Source: Bosea sp. (in: a-proteobacteria) (lineage in GTDB: Bacteria; Pseudomonadota; Alphaproteobacteria; Rhizobiales; Beijerinckiaceae). Taken from it: DNA of 64,000 nt. How positions within the stretch are numbered: position 1 is the stretch's first letter; every line of letters begins with the position of its first letter. The stretch covers positions 259 through 64,258 of the forward strand of contig NZ_JAUYTP010000039.1 in NCBI RefSeq assembly GCF_030695125.1, read 5' to 3'. Both the position numbers and the translations under genes were made by a program. Below, piece after piece: positions 15,938-23,244 of the stretch. A model generated the notes under the pieces. The model saw nothing but the letters and a program-made list of their open reading frames with translations. It was not told the DNA's origin and ran no database searches.

Positions 15938-17545
15938 TCAGGCGGTCCGGAAGCGGGCCATCTCCTCGCCGGTGTCGCCGTCATGCGCATGCACGGTGCA
16001 GACGAGGCAGCTGTCATAGGACCGGCAAACGTGGCCGACCTCGACCGGATCATGCTTGTTCTTGATCGGGGTTCCGAGCAAGGCCTCTTCGATCGGGCCG
16101 CGCTGGCCGTCGGCGGAACGCGGGCCAACGTTCCAGGTCGTCGGTGCGATGATCTGGTAGTTCGCGATCTTGCCGTTCTTGACTTCGATCCAGTGGCACA
16201 GAGCGCCACGGATCGCTTCGGTGGCACCCCACCCCTTGCCGTCCCGTTCAGTCGGCTTGATGTACCACTCGTCGTTCAGGCGGAACTCGCGCAGGATACG
16301 CTCCGCCTCGCGATAGAGGATGCACAGTTCGTGCATCCGCGCGAAGTGTCGCAGCATGATCGAGGCACCGCCCATCTTGCGGTACATGTCGAGCACGAGA
16401 CCATCTGAATGCTGGAATGCCTGCCCGGTCGTGTTTCCAGCGATCAGACGCCGTGCCAGCGGACCGGCCTCCAGCGCGCCGCTCTCGGCGTGCCGCACGG
16501 CGGTACCCCAGGAGTATTTTCCATTCGTATCGACGGTATTTTTGGCGATCGGCTTGGTGGTACGGTCGAAAGGATGAACGGCGCTCTTGCCTTCGTCATA
16601 CCAGGCATGGGTCGTATCTTCGCGGGTGAAGATGTGCTCCATCGGGCCGAAGCTGTCGGTGGCACCGTCATAGGTACCGGCCTTCATGATCACCGCACCT
16701 GAGCGGCTGTCTATTGTCGGCTTGTTGTACTTGTCTTCATGCGGCAGGTAGCCCCAAGTCACGAACCTGCCGTGGCCCTTGCCATAGTGTTGCAGTCCGA
16801 TCTCCTTCGACATGCGCCAGAACAGGCCCAAGTCCGAATTGGCATGTTTCGGGCTTTCGTCCAGCCAGGCCTCGAACTGCTCGAGGGTCTGGATCTGTTC
16901 GTAGCGCTCCATCGAACAGCCGAGCCAGAGCGGTTCGATCCAGTTCTGGCGGAAATGCTCGAGAATCGCCCAGGCGCGCGTCACGTCGGTCAGGGTGGGG
17001 GCACACATCACGCCGCCCGGCACCATGAAGGAGGAATGCGGCCACTGACCGCCCAAGAGCGCGTAGATCTCAACCGGACGGCCCGAGATCGTCACGCCAG
17101 CCTCATAGGAGGTGCCGGTGAAGGGCGAATAGCGCTTGACCGCTTCTTCGTAGAACGGGCTCGCCGCATAGTTGGCGTTGGTGTAGTCGATCATGAAGAG
17201 TCCGTAGTGGTGGCGCGGCAGCGATTGCAGCGACTCCACGATCTGGCCGAGGTTGCGTGCAAGGATCGCGTTACGCGGCACGGTCGTGCCCCAGGCGGTG
17301 TCAAGCGCCCAGGCGGCGCAGGTCAGGTGCGAGGCGCCGCAGATGCCGCAAGCGCGCGGTGTCACCACGAGCCCGGCCTGCGGGTCCTTGTCCTTCAGGA
17401 TCACCTCGAAGCCGCGGAACAGTTCCGCATGCGTCCAAGCATTGGTCACCACACCGTCCTGGATATCAACGCGCACGTCGAGATCGCCTTCGACGCGGCC
17501 GACCGGAGAGATGTCGAGAGTCTCGACGCTGGATAGTGCTGTCAT
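15938..17545 (-). CDS. hupL: [NiFe]-hydrogenase large subunit, probably group 2a
   Basis: 535 aa. The N-terminal motif is RACGICGASH (C66, C69). The C-terminal motif is DSCLVCTVH, followed by a 16-aa cleavable tail. GRVEGDL lies near the N-terminus. Confidence 0.9.
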   Translation of the reverse strand: MTALSSVETLDISPVGRVEGDLDVRVDIQDGVVTNAWTHAELFRGFEVILKDKDPQAGLVVTPRACGICGASHLTCAAWALDTAWGTTVPRNAILARNLGQIVESLQSLPRHHYGLFMIDYTNANYAASPFYEEAVKRYSPFTGTSYEAGVTISGRPVEIYALLGGQWPHSSFMVPGGVMCAPTLTDVTRAWAILEHFRQNWIEPLWLGCSMERYEQIQTLEQFEAWLDESPKHANSDLGLFWRMSKEIGLQHYGKGHGRFVTWGYLPHEDKYNKPTIDSRSGAVIMKAGTYDGATDSFGPMEHIFTREDTTHAWYDEGKSAVHPFDRTTKPIAKNTVDTNGKYSWGTAVRHAESGALEAGPLARRLIAGNTTGQAFQHSDGLVLDMYRKMGGASIMLRHFARMHELCILYREAERILREFRLNDEWYIKPTERDGKGWGATEAIRGALCHWIEVKNGKIANYQIIAPTTWNVGPRSADGQRGPIEEALLGTPIKNKHDPVEVGHVCRSYDSCLVCTVHAHDGDTGEEMARFRTA

Positions 17546-17570
17546 TTTCTTGGTTCCTCCCTGAACGGAT

Positions 17571-18533
17571 TTAAACGACGAAGATGTCTTCTTCCGCCCA
17601 AGCGGGGGCCATGCCCTTGGCGGCGGCGGTCAGCTTGATGTATCCGACCTTGTCGACGCCCGTAGGCATGTCCTTGGGCACACCCATGACCGTCTGGGTC
17701 TTGAAGACGGTGCCAGGGCTCAGATCGAAGAAGGGGAACTCAGGTTCCGTGCAGCCGAGGCAAGGCATGCCGGCCCGTGTCTTCGACGAGTGGCGGTTCC
17801 AGAGGATGCGATTGCAGGGGCTGTGCGTCATCGGGCCGCGGCAGCCCAGATCGTAGAACAGGCAGCCCTTGCGCTGCCCGAAGGCTGTGGTCGAGACCTT
17901 GTAGGCGAAATGCATGTTGCGGGTGCAACCGGTCTGCGTGAAGGACGAGAAGAACGTCTTCGGCCGGTGGAACTCGTCAAGGGTCAGATCGCCCGCACGC
18001 CCCGTTGCGACCGCAACCAGAATCTGCGTGACCCAGTCGGGATGCGCCGGGCAACCCGGGATGTTGATGACCGGAAGGCCCGACTTCGCCTTGAAGTTGG
18101 TGCCGAGCGAGCCGCCTTTGGCACGCTTGAGGAATTGCAGGCCGACGCTTTCGGACGGGTTCGGCGCCATCGCTGGGATGCCGCCATAGGTGGCGCAGTC
18201 GCCGATCGCGACGACGAAATCCGCCGCTGCCGACAGTTCCTTGACCCACTCCTTCATCGGGCGGCCGCAGAAGCGGTTCCACTCGCCGGTGCCATTGGGC
18301 GCGTTCACGACGGTGCCCTCGAACACGAAGATGTCGAGCTTGATCTCGCCCGAGATGCATTTCTTCAGGATGGTCTTGACGTCTTCGCCAAGCTCCAGCC
18401 CAAGCGAGGGCTGCCACAAGATGTTGATGCCGAAATCGGTCACAAGGTCACACGCGCTCGGTTCCTCGGCATTGAGGAACGACATCGTGTTCCCCGAGCA
18501 CGCACCACCTTGCAGCCAAAGTAGATTGGCCAT
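17571..18533 (-). CDS. hupS: [NiFe]-hydrogenase small subunit without Tat signal, probably group 2a
   Basis: 320 aa starting MANLLWLQGGACSGNTMSF, with no RRxF twin-arginine leader. Fe-S ligand motifs are GDCATYGG, PGCPAHP, QTGC, GCLFYDLGC, SPC and PCLGC. Confidence 0.9.
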   Translation of the reverse strand: MANLLWLQGGACSGNTMSFLNAEEPSACDLVTDFGINILWQPSLGLELGEDVKTILKKCISGEIKLDIFVFEGTVVNAPNGTGEWNRFCGRPMKEWVKELSAAADFVVAIGDCATYGGIPAMAPNPSESVGLQFLKRAKGGSLGTNFKAKSGLPVINIPGCPAHPDWVTQILVAVATGRAGDLTLDEFHRPKTFFSSFTQTGCTRNMHFAYKVSTTAFGQRKGCLFYDLGCRGPMTHSPCNRILWNRHSSKTRAGMPCLGCTEPEFPFFDLSPGTVFKTQTVMGVPKDMPTGVDKVGYIKLTAAAKGMAPAWAEEDIFVV

Positions 18534-18620
18534 TTTCTTCCTCCCTCTCGTTGAGCTGCCTTGGCCCCCCAGCCAAGGGTAGCGACCCGATCGACTCTTG
18601 TGAGGGTCGATCCTGAGACG

Positions 18621-18636
18621 GGCAGGATATCGGCCA
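18621..18636 (-). promoter_or_regulatory. Weak candidate sigma-54 (-24/-12) promoter for hupS
   Basis: The minus strand reads TGGCCGATATCCTGCC. GG and GC are spaced as in the consensus TGGCACG-N4-TTGCW. It lies about 90 nt upstream of the hupS ATG and about 70 nt downstream of the dyad at 18702. Confidence 0.3.
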
Positions 18637-18701
18637 TAGCGCGCAACTCGAAATCAACTTGCGCCCTGAAAAGGTGGAATCTATGAAACAAATTGCATAC
18701 T

Positions 18702-18716
18702 GCAAACTTAGTTTGC
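18702..18716. promoter_or_regulatory. Perfect 15-bp palindrome gcaaacttagtttgc (copy 1), candidate activator-binding site
   Basis: A 7-1-7 perfect inverted repeat in the AT-rich spacer between the regulator operon and hupS. Confidence 0.4.
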
Positions 18717-18733
18717 TGTTTTGACAGCCGGTT

Positions 18734-18973
18734 TCAGCGGCGGCCGCCGAAAGATGGGCAGCGCGATTCTCCCAAGTGACGGTACCAGACCCCGACGCAA
18801 TGGTTGCACCAGCGTCCCTTCGGGTTCATCGCGACGGCTCCAAGTGTCTCGGACAGTGGGGCCAAGCCTAAGTTTTTGAATGGAGCCTGCGATTTTGGCC
18901 AACGCTTGCTCGGATCCGGAAAGGCAACGACATTAAACCGAGAGGGGTCATCAGAACCGCTTTCCTCTGTCAT
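18734..18973 (-). CDS. Possible 79-aa Cys/His-containing protein translationally coupled to the regulator
   Basis: The ATG at 18973 overlaps the regulator stop (ATGA). Translation is MTEESGSDDPSRFNVVAFPDPSK...RWCNHCVGVWYRHLGESRCPSFGGRR. GC3 is lower than in neighbouring genes, so it is uncertain. Confidence 0.35.
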   Translation of the reverse strand: MTEESGSDDPSRFNVVAFPDPSKRWPKSQAPFKNLGLAPLSETLGAVAMNPKGRWCNHCVGVWYRHLGESRCPSFGGRR

Positions 18974-20421
18974 GCCCGTCGCTTGCGCTGGATATCGTAA
19001 CGCTTGATCTTGTTGGCGAGTCCTACGCGCGACAGCCCCAGGTCGGCGGCAACCTTGCTCTGGTTCCATTGGTGGCGGTCCAGAGCGCGCTCTACCACTG
19101 ACCGCTCCACTCGTTCGACAATATCTTTGAGGCTACCTTCTGAAATCAGTGCAGACAATTTGTCGCGATCATACACTGGAGTTTTGGAAATTTTGTCGGA
19201 GAGGTGCCGGAAGGCGATGTAGCCGCCCTGCTCGGCTACCGCGACCATGCGCTGAACTTCGGTCTCGAGTTCGCGGACGTTGCCGGGAAAGGGATAGGCC
19301 TCCAGCCGCTGCAAGGCGTCCGCCGTGATCCCAAGTACATTCCGGCCGACGACACCCGCATATTTCTCGACGAAGAAGCGCGTCAGTACGGGGATATCTT
19401 CGGGGCGCTCGGCCAGCGATGGAACATTCAATTGGAAGCCTCGCAGACGGTAGTAAAGGTCGCGCCGGAAGCTGCCCTTCTCGACCAACCGTTCCAACCG
19501 CTTGTTCGACGCTGCGATGATGCGGACATCGCTGTGCAGCATGGTATCCGAACCTAGGGGCTTCACCTCACCCTCCTGCAGAAAGCGCAGTAGCGCGATC
19601 TGGAACTGGGGCGATATGTCGGACACCTCGTCGAGCAGGATAGTGCCGCCATCGGCCGCACGAAACAGCCCCAGTCGGTCCGAGATTGCGCCGGGAAAGG
19701 CCCCGCGGACATGCCCGAAAAGTTCGGAGTGCAGCACGTTCTCCGCGATGCCGCCGCAGTTCTGCACCAGCATCGCCGACTTGCGCCGCGGCGAATTGAA
19801 ATGGATCGCGCGGGCTAACAGCTCCTTGCCCGTGCCGGTCTCGCCCTGGATCAGCACCGGCATGTTGGTCTTAGCGGCCATCTGCGCTTCGGAGACCAGT
19901 TCGGCCATCTTCGGGCTGAGGAAGACCAGCCGCTCGAACTGCGAATAGCCACCCTGGACAAAGCTTTCCTTCACTCCGTGGAAGATGTCGTCGTCGAGTG
20001 ACAGCTTTAGCTCGCGACTCAGGATACGGTGACGCCGCGACAGTTCGACATGTTCAAGCGCCCGCTTCGCAACAAGGCTAAGCTGCATCGCCTCTACCGG
20101 CTTGAACAGAAACAGGTACGAAGCCGTCCGGTTAGCCAGTTCGTGGCCGGATCTGACCTTTTCGTGGTCAAGAAGGAGGATGCGCGTACAGGAGGTATGC
20201 GCCAAGCGTGACCGCAACAGCGCGCTTTCGTCCTGGGAAACTTCGTCGCAGCAGTCGTAAAGAAAGAGATTCACGTTCACTTCTTCAAGCCTGCGGATCG
20301 CTGACCTGTCGTCCTCGCTGAAAATGAGACGGTATCCGTCGGCCTCGCTGAGCGCGCGCGAGACCCCTTCAAGAACGGCGGCGTCGGTAGACTTCACCAG
20401 AACCGTCTGAAATGTGGCCAA
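18970..20421 (-). CDS. NtrC-family response-regulator-type enhancer-binding protein (HoxA/HupR-like)
   Basis: AAA+ core with GETGTGKE, GAFPGA (a variant of GAFTGA) and ESELFGH-like motifs. The C-terminal Fis-type HTH is QSKVAADLGLSRVGLANKIKRY. The N-terminal receiver-like domain has LFLYD and a KP motif. The likely start is the TTG at 20421 behind GGAG; the track start is 20439. Confidence 0.85.
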   Translation of the reverse strand: MATFQTVLVKSTDAAVLEGVSRALSEADGYRLIFSEDDRSAIRRLEEVNVNLFLYDCCDEVSQDESALLRSRLAHTSCTRILLLDHEKVRSGHELANRTASYLFLFKPVEAMQLSLVAKRALEHVELSRRHRILSRELKLSLDDDIFHGVKESFVQGGYSQFERLVFLSPKMAELVSEAQMAAKTNMPVLIQGETGTGKELLARAIHFNSPRRKSAMLVQNCGGIAENVLHSELFGHVRGAFPGAISDRLGLFRAADGGTILLDEVSDISPQFQIALLRFLQEGEVKPLGSDTMLHSDVRIIAASNKRLERLVEKGSFRRDLYYRLRGFQLNVPSLAERPEDIPVLTRFFVEKYAGVVGRNVLGITADALQRLEAYPFPGNVRELETEVQRMVAVAEQGGYIAFRHLSDKISKTPVYDRDKLSALISEGSLKDIVERVERSVVERALDRHQWNQSKVAADLGLSRVGLANKIKRYDIQRKRRA

Positions 20422-20443
20422 ATCAGTTCTCCGTCGCAAAACT

Positions 20444-20458
20444 GCAAAGCAACTTTAC
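20444..20458. promoter_or_regulatory. 15-bp dyad gcaaagcaactttac (copy 3)
   Basis: GCAAAG-CAA-CTTTAC lies about 23 nt upstream of the regulator start. With flanks it matches the 18702 site at 17 of 22 positions (TTTGCnGTTTTG). It overlaps the end of the adjacent transposase remnant, so an IS-end origin is possible. Confidence 0.3.
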
Positions 20459-21010
20459 GTTCTGTCCGCAGACTTCTCAAGCCCAGCTGCAGACAACCCC
20501 TGAAGAAGCCCCGATTGGTCGGACATGTCCTCCTTGGTTGTGCGGTCTGCGATGAACTCTAGCGGTGAACGGTATCCCAGCCCCTTATGCGGGTGAAGCC
20601 GGGTGTAGTGATCGAACCATGCTCGCAGCTGACGCATGACGATTTTGGCGTTGGGCAGCGGATTGACCCCTGGCTCAGTGCCTGATGGTTTGAACGAAAT
20701 CCTCGACCATGCCGTTGGATTGCGGGCTCTGGACCAGTGTCGTCGGCAGTTCGAAGCCAATCTCACGCGCGAAGCGTCGGGTTTTCCCTCGGCAAGCCTC
20801 GTTCGGGGCGGCCTGGGCAAATTCACAAGCTGATCTACCGGGTCATGCAGGCCCGCAGCCTGCTCTCCTGCGATGTCGCAGCGACCGCCTGATGCTGGAT
20901 CGAGTGAAGTCGACCGTCTTCGTCGATGCCCAGCGAAACCACGTTGATCGTATCGGGCCGGCGGACTTGGGAGAACATATGCTGTCGCGTCAGCCCCAGC
21001 CGGACAGAGC
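20455..21010 (-). pseudogene. DDE (rve/integrase-core) transposase remnant, frameshifted
   Basis: Fragments in different frames: ...FAREIGFELPTTLVQSPQSNGMVEDFVQT... and ...LPNAKIVMRQLRAWFDHYTRLHPHKGLGYRSPLEFI. No intact N-terminus is present. Confidence 0.65.
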
Positions 21011-21013
21011 ACT

Positions 21014-21647
21014 CTAACGCGAGCGAGCCATCACAGGCAGGGAGAGCTGATGCTGCGGGCGTAAGCCGGAGCCGAACCCGCGGCCGACATAAGGCGAAAC
21101 GACCCGGACATTCTCGCTCGACAGCCCGAAGACACGGGGTGCCGCCAGCTCTACGCACATGTCGGAGGGGTGCGTCGCGATGCAGTACTCGCTTGCGCCC
21201 AGAATGGTGTGGATGCGGTTCAGCCCGCCGATCGCCGAACAGCCCGAGCCGGGCTCGCGCTTGTTGCAGGGCGTGGCGGCATCGTTGAAATAATAGCAGC
21301 AGCGCGTGCGCTGGTTCAGATTGCCGCCGGTCGTGGCCGCATTGCGCAGCTGCGGCGTCGCGCCGGCCAGGATCGCACTGGCGAGCAACGGAAAGCGCGC
21401 GGCGACGCGCTCGTCTTAGGCGACCATGGTGTTGGAGACGAGCGCGCCTATCCGCAGAGACCGGTTCTGCCTCTCCGCGATGCCCTGAGCCCCACGATGC
21501 GCGTCACGTCGATGGCTGCTCGACGTCGTATTTCATCGGGTCGACGAGTTTGGTGCCGCCGGCGATGAGGCGCGCGCTGGACTCCGCGGAAAGCGCCCTG
21601 ATCGCATCGTCGACGGTGTCGGCGCGGTGATAGGAAAAGCGGTTCAT
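21014..21647 (-). pseudogene. Xanthine-dehydrogenase/CoxM-family FAD subunit fused by deletion to a Moco-subunit fragment; frameshifted
   Basis: The N-terminus MNRFSYHRADTVDDAIRAL..LIAGGTKLVD stops at 21504. The next piece reads [20 protein letters not shown]...ATHPSDM and then jumps into [15 protein letters not shown], a large-subunit motif. It is truncated at the IS remnant. Confidence 0.6.
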
Positions 21648-22153
21648 TCCGCGGCCTCCTTCATTAGCTGGCCGCGCTGGACGAGCACGTCTTCGATGGC
21701 GTCGACGATGTTGGGGTAAGCGCCGCAGTGGCAGATGTTGCCGGTCATATGCTCGCGGATCTCCTCGCGAGTGGTGGCGCGCCCCTCCTCGATCAGCGCC
21801 ACGCCGGAGCAGATCTGTCCTGGCGTGCAATAGCTGCACTGGAGGGCGTTGCGCTCGACAAAGGCCGCCTGCAGCGGATGCAGCGCACTGTCCTGCGACA
21901 GCCCCTTGATCGTGGTGATCGCTTTGCCGTCCTGCATCACCGCGAGCTGGAGGCAACTGTTGATCCTCTGCCCGTCGATCAGGACGGTGCAGGCGTCGCA
22001 CTGGTCATGGTCGCAGCCCTTCTTCGTGCCTGTCAGCGCGAGGTCGTGCCGGAGTAGATCGAGCAGCGTCGTGGCGGGCGCGACCTTCACCGATGCCGAA
22101 CATCTCGAAGCCGCCATCCACGAGAGCGTCATCGACATCAACCGCAAGCGCAT
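21644..22153 (-). CDS. (2Fe-2S)-binding small subunit of the xanthine dehydrogenase/CoxS family
   Basis: TGTKKGCDHDQCDACTVLIDG and CSYCTPGQICS ... GNICHCGAYPNI are the two [2Fe-2S] motifs. The N-terminal 25 aa are atypical and the start is uncertain. The partner genes are broken, so it is probably non-functional. Confidence 0.65.
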   Translation of the reverse strand: MRLRLMSMTLSWMAASRCSASVKVAPATTLLDLLRHDLALTGTKKGCDHDQCDACTVLIDGQRINSCLQLAVMQDGKAITTIKGLSQDSALHPLQAAFVERNALQCSYCTPGQICSGVALIEEGRATTREEIREHMTGNICHCGAYPNIVDAIEDVLVQRGQLMKEAAE

Positions 22154-22189
22154 GAAAACCCATTCGTGTGACAATCTGCGAATTGCTGC

Positions 22190-23122
22190 TTAGGGCAATT
22201 CCGGCAGGTGTCGGCGTCCTTGCTCGGACAGGAACGCATACATGCGCGCCGCAGCCGGCAACAGCGCGCGCTCGGGGCGGCGGATCACGAACCATTCACG
22301 CAGGAGAGGCAGCCCCTTGACCTTGACGATGGCGATGCGCCGGTCGGCGACTTCGGCGGCGATGACGTGGCTAGAGATGAATGCCATGCCCAGGCCGGCC
22401 ATGACGGCTTGCTTGATCGTCTCGTTGCTGGCGATCTCCATGCCGATCCGTGGCGCCATTGCGTGCTCAGCGAAGTAGCGCCCCATCAGAATGCGGGTGC
22501 CCGAGCCCGGCTCGCGGACGAGAAAGGTTTCCGCCTCGAGCCCGGCGACTTCGACGCTGGTCCTGCCGGCAAGGCGATGTCCGGGCGCGCAAATGATGAC
22601 ATGCGGATGATCGCCCAACTTTTGGCTTTCAACGAGGAGATCATCCGGCGGCCGGCCCATGATTGCGAGGTCGAGCTGGTTGCTCCGCATCAGGCTGAGC
22701 ATCTCGCCGCGGTTGCCGATGACCAGCCGGACCTCGATGTTAGGATGCGCCTGCTGGAAGGCCGAAATGATGAAAGGCACGAAGTATTTCGCGGTGCTGA
22801 CTGCACCGATCGAAACCTCGCCGCCTTGGCCAGCGCGCATGGCAGCGAGTTGACGCTCGGTTTCGAGGACGAGCGTCTCGATGTGCTGTGAGAGCGCGAC
22901 CAAAAGAACTCCCGCCTGCGTCGGGACGAGGCGCCCGTTGGCGCGCTCGAACAGGGGCAGGCCCATCCGCTCCTGCAGGGTCTGGATCTGGAGCGAAACG
23001 GCCGGCTGCGTCACGCCGATGGATGTCGCGGCGGCGGTGTAGCTCCCGCTCCGGGCCACGATGGCCAGCGCCCGCAACTGGCGCAACGTGGCGTCGCGGA
23101 GATGGCGACTGGCATTAGACAT
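22190..23122 (-). CDS. cbbR: LysR-family regulator CbbR
   Basis: wHTH TLRQLRALAIVARSGSYTAAATSIGVTQPAVSLQIQTLQERMGLPLFER. It is divergent from cbbF, the classical cbbR arrangement. Confidence 0.85.
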   Translation of the reverse strand: MSNASRHLRDATLRQLRALAIVARSGSYTAAATSIGVTQPAVSLQIQTLQERMGLPLFERANGRLVPTQAGVLLVALSQHIETLVLETERQLAAMRAGQGGEVSIGAVSTAKYFVPFIISAFQQAHPNIEVRLVIGNRGEMLSLMRSNQLDLAIMGRPPDDLLVESQKLGDHPHVIICAPGHRLAGRTSVEVAGLEAETFLVREPGSGTRILMGRYFAEHAMAPRIGMEIASNETIKQAVMAGLGMAFISSHVIAAEVADRRIAIVKVKGLPLLREWFVIRRPERALLPAAARMYAFLSEQGRRHLPELP

Positions 23123-23137
23123 TCTTTGGCCTATCAA

Positions 23138-23244
23138 CAGAAGAATAAATTTCCCTTTTAATCTAGAAGCCCGAATGTGAAGTCAATGGACGGTTCGGCC
23201 CAGCGAGGCAGCGCCGCATTCGAAGGCTCCTGGGGAGGAAGCTC
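23138..23244. promoter_or_regulatory. Divergent cbbR/cbbF control region
   Basis: A 107-bp spacer with an AT-rich partial dyad, ataaatttcccttttaat (23145-23162). The CbbR operator call is by position only. Confidence 0.4.

Noticed and set aside
15938-18533. Alternative classification of the hydrogenase as a group 2b H2 sensor (HupUV/HoxBC) or a group 1h high-affinity enzyme
   Set aside because: Against 2b: as I recall, sensor large subunits end at the terminal His and need no protease, whereas this one has a 16-aa tail and a dedicated protease gene. Against 1h: as I recall, 1h large subunits are about 600 aa. The 535/320-aa sizes and the CxxN/QxxC small-subunit motifs fit group 2a better. 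The RVEGDL N-terminal motif does resemble HoxC, so a phylogeny is still needed.
18702-18716. The palindrome as a Rho-independent terminator of the regulator operon
   Set aside because: With a 1-nt centre, the usable stem is only about 5 AT-rich base pairs. Two related copies sit at positions where termination makes no sense. An operator or UAS role fits better, though the alternative is noted.
18708-18902. 64-aa minus-strand ORF in the regulator-hupS spacer
   Set aside because: It has no SD and no coupling to neighbours, and it overlaps the better-supported (though still uncertain) 18734-18973 frame.
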